From a virus (Duplodnaviria; Caudoviricetes), in IMG/VR virus record IMGVR_UViG_3300019374_000291, positions 1 to 64,000 of that record: a stretch of DNA of 64,000 nt. One strand, 5' to 3'. The notes beneath the pieces were generated by a model. The model did not search any database. It was not told the origin of the DNA and worked only from the letters and a program-made list of their open reading frames with translations. A program made the position numbers and the translations under genes. Each line of letters opens with the position of its first letter. Position 1 is the first letter of the stretch. Positions 9,355-18,400 of this stretch are shown here, piece by piece.

Positions 9355-10026
9355 TCAAATTGTCACATCCACTATCTTCACAGCGCGGATCATCGGACTG
9401 GTATTGTCGGTGACTGCTTTCCATGCAAGGTAATACTCTCCCGAAGGAATGTTACTGCACTCATGCAGTACATTGACATAGTTGCCCACAGTACCGAGCC
9501 AGCCGAACGGAACAGAAATAGCACTGTGATTCTGGATAGCCTCATAGATATACCTTGCAGTCTCAGCTGAAGAAAGTCCGGTATTATTTTTCGGAACGAG
9601 CCACATCTCACCGATATCCGTTGCGCCCGACTTATAACTCAGCATGATCTTTCTGTTGCTGCTGATGTGAACAGGTTCAACGCACATCGTGTAAATGCTC
9701 TGTCCCCAGTTGAAGTCCGGCTGATTGTAGTAGATCGCATATTCATTTTCTTCACAGCAGAAATGCGGATAGGATTCTGTGAAGCCTGCAAGGGAGCGAT
9801 AGCCGTCGTTATAGAAGGTGTACACAGATTCGCCGTAATCATGAAGTGTGTCGATGGAAGCCCTGAACAGCGTGACACCAGGCTTTGTCTGCGGGATCTG
9901 CAGCACTTTCGGCACAAGCGTATTCAGTTTTTCTGTCTCCGAAGCCTGTACGCCCATTGTCACAAGATTTCGGGCTAAAGCATCCCTCTGCTCATCGAGA
10001 GCAGTCAGATAGTTTCCGATACTCAT
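9355..10026 (-). CDS. Distal tail-associated protein
   Basis: Position after the fibre gene; N-terminal LARNLVTMGVQASETEKLNTLVPKVLQI motif. Confidence 0.55.
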   Translation of the reverse strand: MSIGNYLTALDEQRDALARNLVTMGVQASETEKLNTLVPKVLQIPQTKPGVTLFRASIDTLHDYGESVYTFYNDGYRSLAGFTESYPHFCCEENEYAIYYNQPDFNWGQSIYTMCVEPVHISSNRKIMLSYKSGATDIGEMWLVPKNNTGLSSAETARYIYEAIQNHSAISVPFGWLGTVGNYVNVLHECSNIPSGEYYLAWKAVTDNTSPMIRAVKIVDVTI

Positions 10027-11381
10027 TCGCTCACCTCCACAATAGCTGCAAGTGCTGTCTCAACGCTGGAGAGGGCTTCCTCAACTGCTGAAAGGCGGGT
10101 GTAAATATCCGAGATAGAAGTCCTTGCGCCCTGCATATCATAGAGGATTTCCGTCTTGAAACGCTCGAACACGCCCTCATTGACTCCGACACGTTCAGTC
10201 AGATTCATAGCTGTTGTATACGCATCATTCCATCGTGTAACGTGGGATTCTGTGATACTGTTCAGCGTTGTGAGGTTGTGATGCCAGTGCGCCTGCCCGA
10301 CTACTGTTCCGATAGAAGCAATATCATCGAGCATCTCCTGTGTAATACTGTCCAGTACCGCCTTGTTGGTGTGAGAGTGTGCCTGCGCAGAAACCTCACT
10401 CAGTCCGGTAGACAGCCCATGCAGAGCGTCTGCTGTCTGTGCATGGAAAGCGGCTTCATCTCGCATATACTGCTCTGTGATGGTATCCAGTACATCCTTG
10501 TTGTTATGTGTGTGCGCCGCAGAGCTAATAGGAAGCAGAGCCTCACGGATATCGTGGATATCATAGTTGGTTGCATCCTCAAACTGCTGTAAGCCCTGAA
10601 GGTCAGAAAGCAGTGCATCTGTCAGGGCATTCAGCACATCGAGGTTCGCATGGCTGTGCGTACTCGGTCTGAGGTTCTCCACCGCTTCATTAAGCGTCTG
10701 AATCTCATAGGTGGTGCTGTCCTCAAACTGCTGCAAACCTGAAAGATCAGAGAGCAATTCCGGTGTGATCGCATCGAGCGTATCTTTGTTATCGTGACTG
10801 TGTGCCTCCTCTGCAACAGGTGCGATCTCACGCTCTATAATGGTCGTGACCTCAGATGTTTTCGGGTACTCCGACATATCCGGCGTGATTCCATCCTTGC
10901 CCTTCAGACTTTCCAGCCACTCCTCCTCAGTACCGACATAGCCGTGATCCACAGCAATTTCATAGGCAGATTTGCCGTCAAGACCGTGCTCTGCATCCTC
11001 GATACGCTTCAGAAGCTGTGTATACAGATCGGGTGTCGGCGGGATCGGCGGATCATCACCCTCAAAACCGGATTCACGGATATTCAGTGTAACCGGAACT
11101 GTTGTAGCTCTCACAGTTGTATCCGATTCCGTATCATAGCCGAACACAGCCATTTTTGCCGCACCTGCGTGAAGCTCCGCAGGCAGATACAAGGTCGTTC
11201 CCTCTGTGCCGAGAACAACGGAATACACCTCATCACACTGCGAAAACTGCACGACCTTGTGAAAATGCTTCCAGTCTCCGTCAAAATTGAATTTGAACTG
11301 CACATACTGGATCTGGTGGTCTGCGAGAATCTCACGCTCCACGATCTCAATGCTCTGATTTTTTACGAGGAATTTCCACAT
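10023..11381 (-). CDS. Tail fibre or upper baseplate protein with HxHxN repeats
   Basis: BppU-like N-terminus; DGKSAYEIAV...EEEWLESLKG motif; five HxHxN repeats. Confidence 0.7.
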   Translation of the reverse strand: MWKFLVKNQSIEIVEREILADHQIQYVQFKFNFDGDWKHFHKVVQFSQCDEVYSVVLGTEGTTLYLPAELHAGAAKMAVFGYDTESDTTVRATTVPVTLNIRESGFEGDDPPIPPTPDLYTQLLKRIEDAEHGLDGKSAYEIAVDHGYVGTEEEWLESLKGKDGITPDMSEYPKTSEVTTIIEREIAPVAEEAHSHDNKDTLDAITPELLSDLSGLQQFEDSTTYEIQTLNEAVENLRPSTHSHANLDVLNALTDALLSDLQGLQQFEDATNYDIHDIREALLPISSAAHTHNNKDVLDTITEQYMRDEAAFHAQTADALHGLSTGLSEVSAQAHSHTNKAVLDSITQEMLDDIASIGTVVGQAHWHHNLTTLNSITESHVTRWNDAYTTAMNLTERVGVNEGVFERFKTEILYDMQGARTSISDIYTRLSAVEEALSSVETALAAIVEVSE

Positions 11382-12778
11382 TATTCTTCACCAACCTTCC
11401 ACTCATGGTTCTCTTCATCCCATTCCATAAATCCGTCCAGACAATTGATTCTTGTCAGATTGGTCGGGCTGATCGAACCGCCATGTGCATCCCAGTTGCT
11501 GCGCTTTGTGACCGCTGCCCAGTCTGCCAGACTGCCTTCATAAGTGATTTCTGTAAGGTCATGACAGTAATTGAAACAATGCGATTTAATTTCCGTCACC
11601 GTCCTTGCAAGTGTAAGATTTACAAGCCGGTTGCAGTTGACGAACATAAACTCATTGATCACAGGTGCTTCATAGCGTACTGTTGTCAGATTGGCGCAAG
11701 CCGTAAAGACACGCTCTCCGATTGTTGTTACGGTACTCGGAACTGTAACGGTTGTAAGCCTGTTACCCGCAAAGGCGCAGTAGCCGATCTCTGTCACACT
11801 GCTTGGAATAGTCACAGCCTTAAGTTCGTGTGTAACAGTCGGCGTTGCCGCCGGATCCTGATGCGGATAAAATGCAAAATTGCTGATTTTCGTCAGCGTT
11901 CCTGGCAGAGATACCGTTTCAAGCTCGTCGCAGTAACGGAATGCATACTCACCGATATCTGTGATACCTTCGGAAACAACCGCATTCTTGATATTCTGAT
12001 TATTGAAGAACGGAGAGTCGTTTCCGGTGGGATTGAGCGGATTATCATAATCATACATGTCTCCCGTACCCTTCAGGAGCAGTTTACCATTGGAGTACAG
12101 CACATAGTAGATATTATCGCCGCATTTTCCGGCATCGATAACATCTCCGATATCTTCAACCTCTGCGGTCAGCTCGTCCACTTTGTTGGTAAGTTCTTCG
12201 ATTGTTTCATTGTTTTCCTGCACCTCTGCGATAAGCTGTGCCATCTGTGACATCAGTTCCGTGACCTTGCATTTGCCGAGGATGCACTTGCAGTATCCGC
12301 AGACATTTGCATCCTCACGGTAATCATACCAGTCACGCTCTGTAAGGTCGGTAGCACCCGGATTCAGACGAACCGCATACATGAGAAGTCTTGTTTTATA
12401 TTCATCTGTCGGCAGTGACGGCAGACTCGGATTCTCCGCAGGTGTACCGGGCGTTATCTCAAGAGATACATTTCGTACCGATTCTCCGACATCGAGCAGA
12501 ATCGCAATTGCCACATAACGCGGCAGCGACTCATCCTGATACTCTGTAAGGTCAATTGTGTAGCGGGAGTCGTTAACGAAATAATGCCCGTCGATCCACG
12601 CCTTACCAGTACCGAGAATTACTTTCAGACCACTGCTTGCCGCTGTCAGCCTGAACATCTGACCGTAGGTGTCGAGAATACCGTTGCAGATGATGCTACT
12701 GAGATACTCTGTGAAGCTCTCAGCTGTATAGGTTCTGTCAAGACCTTTTGAATTGAAAAAGCCGCATGAAAATGCCAT
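11381..12778 (-). CDS. Tail protein with BspA-type leucine-rich repeats
   Basis: Baseplate-like N-terminus GFFNS..DRTYTAE; coiled coil; repeats ITDIGEYAF, IPSSVTEIGYCAF, VPSTVTTIGERVF. Confidence 0.8.
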   Translation of the reverse strand: MAFSCGFFNSKGLDRTYTAESFTEYLSSIICNGILDTYGQMFRLTAASSGLKVILGTGKAWIDGHYFVNDSRYTIDLTEYQDESLPRYVAIAILLDVGESVRNVSLEITPGTPAENPSLPSLPTDEYKTRLLMYAVRLNPGATDLTERDWYDYREDANVCGYCKCILGKCKVTELMSQMAQLIAEVQENNETIEELTNKVDELTAEVEDIGDVIDAGKCGDNIYYVLYSNGKLLLKGTGDMYDYDNPLNPTGNDSPFFNNQNIKNAVVSEGITDIGEYAFRYCDELETVSLPGTLTKISNFAFYPHQDPAATPTVTHELKAVTIPSSVTEIGYCAFAGNRLTTVTVPSTVTTIGERVFTACANLTTVRYEAPVINEFMFVNCNRLVNLTLARTVTEIKSHCFNYCHDLTEITYEGSLADWAAVTKRSNWDAHGGSISPTNLTRINCLDGFMEWDEENHEWKVGEE

Positions 12779-12782
12779 AATA

Positions 12783-13895
12783 TCATTCCTTTCTGAAAGT
12801 CGGTGTCAGGCTGCGCCCGTTCTGGTCAAACGCTTCTATCATACCGATAAGCTGCACTTTCGGCTGAATCATTCCGAAACGCTTATGCTCCACGGTCACA
12901 TAGTCACCGACGAAATAGTCACGGTTATACACATATTGCGTGCTGTCCGCTGCAATCTCCGACTCTGATGCAGTTTTCGGATCGACCAGCTTTTCCGAGC
13001 CTCTTGTCTTCAGCAGCTCGATATATTGCTCTTCGGGAATAGGCACTGTCTCGCCCTCGACCTGTTCCTCTTCTGAGATATCTTTGGCGTCCACATACAA
13101 CTCATAACGGTCAAGGTATGTGGGCTCATCAGAAACACAATATGTGGTATGTTTTCGCTCCGAACCCTCACCGTGACCGTAGATGTAGGCGAAATTGCGT
13201 GTGATTGCAGTATCCGAAGCGTATGAGAATGACAATAGATTGCTGTAGGCGTCGGAGAAAATGATATGTGGATTGTCATCTTGCATCAGACTACGGTCAG
13301 TTCCCTCCGAGAGGTCAAGCACCATTTTGTATGTCTCATCAACGTCCTTTACAAGACGGATATTCGCTGTGCCGCCGATTTTCTCGCAGATGGTGTATAC
13401 CCATTCCATGAGATTTTCATAGGATACCTGCAACGTCGTTGTCTGCTCCCAACAGCTACCGGAAACTGAGCCGAGTGATAAGCCGGGAATGCGACGGTTA
13501 TCCTGCTGTATCGCATTCAGCACCACAGCATTCCGGACAATATCTGAATACTCCGTATCTGCTGTAATAGAGAGTGTCGGATTGATGATTCGGCGCTCCA
13601 GCAGGCACATGAGGAAGCGCCCTCGCACTGTCAGGTAGTCGCCGTTTTCAGCATCAGTATCGATCTGCACCGACTCAATAATGCCGAAATGCTGACTGTC
13701 ATCATCTCTGCCCACGATGCGTCCGGTCTGAAAAATAGAGATATTCTCGGGATTGGCTGCGATATACACCTCAAAGCTGCCGCACTGATAATACTCAATA
13801 TCCCACAGGAGCGAGGAAAAGCTGTCACACACCGCTTCGAGGGTGATCGTCAGGCTGTCTGCCTCAGCGTCCATTCTGTACACTTCGATTTGCAT
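12783..13895 (-). CDS. Siphovirus Gp37-like tail/baseplate protein
   Basis: GEGSERK, RYELYVDAKD, YNRDYFVGDYVTV motifs; position after Dit. Confidence 0.8.
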   Translation of the reverse strand: MQIEVYRMDAEADSLTITLEAVCDSFSSLLWDIEYYQCGSFEVYIAANPENISIFQTGRIVGRDDDSQHFGIIESVQIDTDAENGDYLTVRGRFLMCLLERRIINPTLSITADTEYSDIVRNAVVLNAIQQDNRRIPGLSLGSVSGSCWEQTTTLQVSYENLMEWVYTICEKIGGTANIRLVKDVDETYKMVLDLSEGTDRSLMQDDNPHIIFSDAYSNLLSFSYASDTAITRNFAYIYGHGEGSERKHTTYCVSDEPTYLDRYELYVDAKDISEEEQVEGETVPIPEEQYIELLKTRGSEKLVDPKTASESEIAADSTQYVYNRDYFVGDYVTVEHKRFGMIQPKVQLIGMIEAFDQNGRSLTPTFRKE

Positions 13896-13898
13896 ATA

Positions 13899-14756
13899 TC
13901 ACACCCCCAGATAAGCGTTTGTGTGGACGATGGTCACTTTCAGATTTTGCAGACCTGTTCCACGCAGATAGAAGCGGTTTTTGCCCTCACGCAGCGTCAG
14001 CCAGGTTGAGCCTGACACAAGCCGGTTGATGATGTTTGTTTTCACACCGCCACGATCAAGCGTGACCGTCTTATGACCCGTCTTTGTCGTCACAGTAATG
14101 ATGTCGCCTGCGAGAATATCTCCTGTGATCTGCAAATATTCATCGGTATCCGCATTGTACAGCGTGGGAGAACGGACATCGGCGAGTGCTTCAATCTGCA
14201 AGGTAAAGCCGATCTCGTCACCATCATTGATGATCTCCATGATGTTCTGTGTGTTGAATTTACCCAGCACAAACGGCTCTGGGTTGCTCTCGGTCGGGAA
14301 CGGGAACGTGAAAGCGCCCGTGATCTGCGAATAGTACGCCATGACGGATTCCGTAGAATACCAGTAGATATCCGGACAGAGAATTGAGATCTGACCCGTG
14401 ACAAGCTGCTCGAAGTTACTGACCTCGCAAGTCTCCACATAGCCCTCGGTGAAAACATCTATGCCTGCGGTGCGGTAATATACTTTCACATATCTGCTTG
14501 GCTTCACCACCTTGTAAAGCTGGTGACGTCGGGCTTCCACCCCAACACCTCGCATCTCAAAGTGAATGACCACATTACGTTTTTCGATAAAGGCGTTGTT
14601 CAGGTAGCTGCCGTCCATGCCTGCGTAGGAGGAGGTGCTGATCGTGCCAGGCGGAGGAGAAAGCCCCTCGATCTTTGAGGTCATATACTGGTTTGCGGTC
14701 GTTGTCATGTCGAGCTGATCTCCGGCTGTATTTTCTAAGATAAGGCTGAAAAACAT
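13899..14756 (-). CDS. Distal tail protein (Dit)
   Basis: Follows the tape measure; CPDIYWY, INDGD and WLTLREGKN motifs. Confidence 0.8.
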   Translation of the reverse strand: MFFSLILENTAGDQLDMTTTANQYMTSKIEGLSPPPGTISTSSYAGMDGSYLNNAFIEKRNVVIHFEMRGVGVEARRHQLYKVVKPSRYVKVYYRTAGIDVFTEGYVETCEVSNFEQLVTGQISILCPDIYWYSTESVMAYYSQITGAFTFPFPTESNPEPFVLGKFNTQNIMEIINDGDEIGFTLQIEALADVRSPTLYNADTDEYLQITGDILAGDIITVTTKTGHKTVTLDRGGVKTNIINRLVSGSTWLTLREGKNRFYLRGTGLQNLKVTIVHTNAYLGV

Positions 14757-14836
14757 TATATCACCGCCTTTACTTTTCTTTGTAATTGATGTATAATAGG
14801 AATATGTAACAAGTACAATAGAGATGGTGGTTAAAT

Positions 14837-15418
14837 ATGAAAGTAAATCTCAAAAGAGCAGCTATTTCCGGTATTATTGGAGAAATTGCATATTTCATAT
14901 CAATGATGTTGTTTCTGATCACGCATACCAATTTTGCATTGACACTATGGGAATCCATGACAGTGATTGGTGCTATCGTTATGTTGATTGCTTTCTTGGT
15001 GATTGCTGACGAATTCAAAATCAAACCGCTTCTCCGCAGATTAATGACTATTTCTTTGTCAGGAACAGTATTTCTTACATCTGTTGCACATTTTACAAGC
15101 ATTGGTGTTATCAGAAAACTTGAATCACAAGGAACTACTGTCCCTGATTATTTCAAAATAGGAGCTTTTCCGAGTATAGAAATGACGATAGATTATGTTG
15201 CATGGGGCTTTTTTATGGGGGCAGCTTTCATCACACTATTTCTTGGAATTAAAGACAAAGCAATAAGAATCTTCTCCGTCACTTGTGGTATCCTATGCTT
15301 GTGTGGATTTATCGGAAGTTTCTTCTCCGATTCTCTTTGGTATATTGCACCGCTGGGATACGGAATTGGTTTTTTGATTATGTGCATTTTCATTCTGAAA
15401 AGAAAAGAAGCAAAATAA
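14837..15418 (+). CDS. Moron: multi-pass membrane protein
   Basis: About 5-6 hydrophobic segments; AT-rich; opposite strand; upstream TTTACT-17bp-TATAAT at 14769-14797. Confidence 0.7.
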   Translation: MKVNLKRAAISGIIGEIAYFISMMLFLITHTNFALTLWESMTVIGAIVMLIAFLVIADEFKIKPLLRRLMTISLSGTVFLTSVAHFTSIGVIRKLESQGTTVPDYFKIGAFPSIEMTIDYVAWGFFMGAAFITLFLGIKDKAIRIFSVTCGILCLCGFIGSFFSDSLWYIAPLGYGIGFLIMCIFILKRKEAK

Positions 15419-15456
15419 TCATAGTAAGTACGAGGGGCAGGCAAAAGCCCACCCCG

Positions 15457-18400
15457 TCACACATTCAGCGCATTGCGCGTCATACGATAAATCTCCAGCC
15501 GTGACAGCGATTTCGGACTATTATTGGTCTGATTCACTGTGCGGCTGTTGTCGTTATTGTAGTTGTTGACCACAGTCGTGCCGCCTGCACCTACCATCGC
15601 ACCGGTCACACCGGACATATCCACATTGAAATCGGAATTCATCGCAATGGTCATGGCATCCGCAACACCGGAAATCGCCTTCTCGACATACTTTTTGCTC
15701 TTGTTGATACCGTCAGCCAGTCCCTTCATGAAGTCAGGCATCCAGCTTTCAAATTCTGTCAGAGGCCCCTTGTCAGGCACCGAGAAGTGCAGATAATCAC
15801 TGATTGCTCGTGCCACGTCAGCAACCGTATTGATGAGATTGCCGAGCATATAGTTCAGACCGTTGATAAGGTTCTGCATGAGGTCGCGTCCCCACGACCA
15901 TGAACTGTTGACCTTGTCCATGACCGCATCATAGACAGCCCTCATTGCATTGTTGACTGCATCACGCACACCGCCGAGCCTTTCACCGATGCCGTTCCGG
16001 ATATTATCCCAGATAGACAGCACAGCGTCCTTTACCTGATTCATCGGATTCCGCACAATGTCGGGCATCGCATTCCAGACAGACTGCACCACGGCTTTTA
16101 TACCGTTCAGAGCAGTATTTACTACATCTTTCGCAGCATTCCACGTTGTCGAGATCACATTTTTGATGTCAAGCTGTCCGGTATTGATGAGCGTTTTCAT
16201 TGCTGTCCAGACCGCAGTCACAATCTTTTTGATCCCGTTCAGTGCTGCCTCGATAACAGATGCAGCCGCTTTCCATGTCGTTGCAATGACTTTTTTGATG
16301 TTGTCAAGCGCAGTAGTGACCACAGATACAACAGCTTTCCAGCCGGAAGTGATGCCGTTTTTGATCTGTGACATGGTCGCATCAATTGCCGTATTCGCAT
16401 TCGCCCAGACGGTTTTGACAGTATCAAAGACCTGTTCCATGAAGCCCTGCACCGCTGTGACAACATTGGACAGAGCATTTTTGATAACAGTGCTGATCGT
16501 TTCCGCAAGATTGCCTGCAAAGCCGTTGACCGCATCCCCGACAACACCTGCGTTCTGATTGATACCGTCGGCAAGTCCCTGCATGAAGTCAGGCATCCAG
16601 CTCTCAAAATCAGCTAACGGTCCCTCATCCGGCACGGAGAAGTGCAGGAAAGATTTGATCTTGTTTGCTACACCCTTTACTGCATCCGCTACCTTGCCGA
16701 TACAGTTTTTGATACCGCTGACAATGTTGTTGATGATATCTGCGCCCCACTGGAATGCCTGAGAGCCGAGGTTTTTGATAAAATTCACCGCAGCGTTGAA
16801 GCCGTTGACGATAGTGTCTTTAATTGCTGTTATCTTTTCGGTGACCGCTGATTTCACACTGTTCCAGATATTGGAGACAGTGTTTTTTATTGCGTTCATG
16901 ACAGTGCTGACTGTATTTTTGATGCCGTTCCAGATGTTGGATATCGTAGTGGAGATTGCATTAAGCACGGATGATATGAATCCGCTGATCGCATTCCACA
17001 CCGCAGATACGACTGCATGAATCGCATTCAGCGTATTGGTGATGTGATTCTTAATGCTCTCCCAGATAGAAGAGATCACCGACCAGATGGTGTTCAGAAT
17101 ACCAGAGATGAAGCCGGAGATCGCATTCCATACGGTTGAGATCACATTGGAAATGGTATCCATTACCGTGCTGACAGTGGTAGAGATCGCGTTCCAGATC
17201 GTCTCAAAAAATGTCTTGATACCCTCAAGAACGATAGTTACGACCGCCTTAATGGTCTCCCATGTGGTGGTGATCTTTTCGTGGATCCAGTCCATAACAC
17301 GAGAAATAATCACATGGATCGCTTCAAAAATCGTCTCAAACAGATACCTGAAAGCATCTAGCAGCGGAGAGATAAAGTCATAGATGGTCTGCCATACAGT
17401 TGTGATAACCGACCAGATCGCATTCAGCACCGTGCTGATAGCAGTATGAATCGCATTCCAGACAACAGTAATAACCGTCTTAATCAGGTTGATTTTCTCA
17501 GCAACACTGTTGTAAATAGATGTCCATATGCCGACAAAGAAGTTCTTGATACCCGTCCAGATCGTAGTGAAGAAGTTTTTGATACCGTTCAGAATACCGG
17601 TAATAAAGCTTTTGATGCCGTTCCAGATATTGACAAAAAAGTTCTTGATGCTCGTCCAGACGCCTACCCAGAAGTCTTTTACTTCACCAAGATCTGTACC
17701 GAAAATACCGCAGATCATATTCAGCGCATTTTTCAGCGTATCCTTGATGAAATTCCATACAGCAGAAAAGATACCCTTGATTCCGTCCCACACTCTGTTC
17801 CAATCGCCGGTAAAGATACCGACGAAAATATCCAGAACACTCAGGATAATGTCTGTCACAGCCTTGAAGATATTTGCAATCTGCTGAAACTGCCCCTCAA
17901 AGACCGGTTTCAGGAATTTGCAGAGCCCGTCCCATACAGCCTTGATGACCTCGGTGATATTTTTGAAGTCGAAGCCCAACGCATTGATTCGGTCAACGAT
18001 GCCCTGACAGAAGCCGGAAAAGATGCTCTTGATCTGCTCCCAGATCGCAGTGATCTTATTTCGGAAGTCCTCATTCGTGCGCCACAAATGCACAAAAGCC
18101 GCTACCAAAGCGGCAATGACCGCAATGACAGCGACTACGGGTGCGGATATACCGCCAATGGCTGCGCCGAAGGATGAAAAGGCGGCTTTTGCGCCTGCGA
18201 TCATGGAAGGCAGGTTCGCTACAAGCTGCATCAGCTTGCCGATACCGACCATTGTTTTGCCGATAACAAGAAGCAGCGGTCCCAGTGCCGCCGCCACAAG
18301 TTCAATTTTCACGATAGTCTCCTTCGTTGCCGGAGACATTGCATTAAATTTATCAATTAGAGCCTGAATCTTGCTGACAATAGACCTGATCGCAGGCATC

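Noticed and set aside
9355-12778. Diversity-generating retroelement acting on tail genes
   Set aside because: No reverse transcriptase in the window and no TR/VR repeat pair seen.
15457-18200. Repeats within the tape measure gene
   Set aside because: Ordinary Trp-periodic tape measure repeats and a duplicated HFSVPDxGPL motif.
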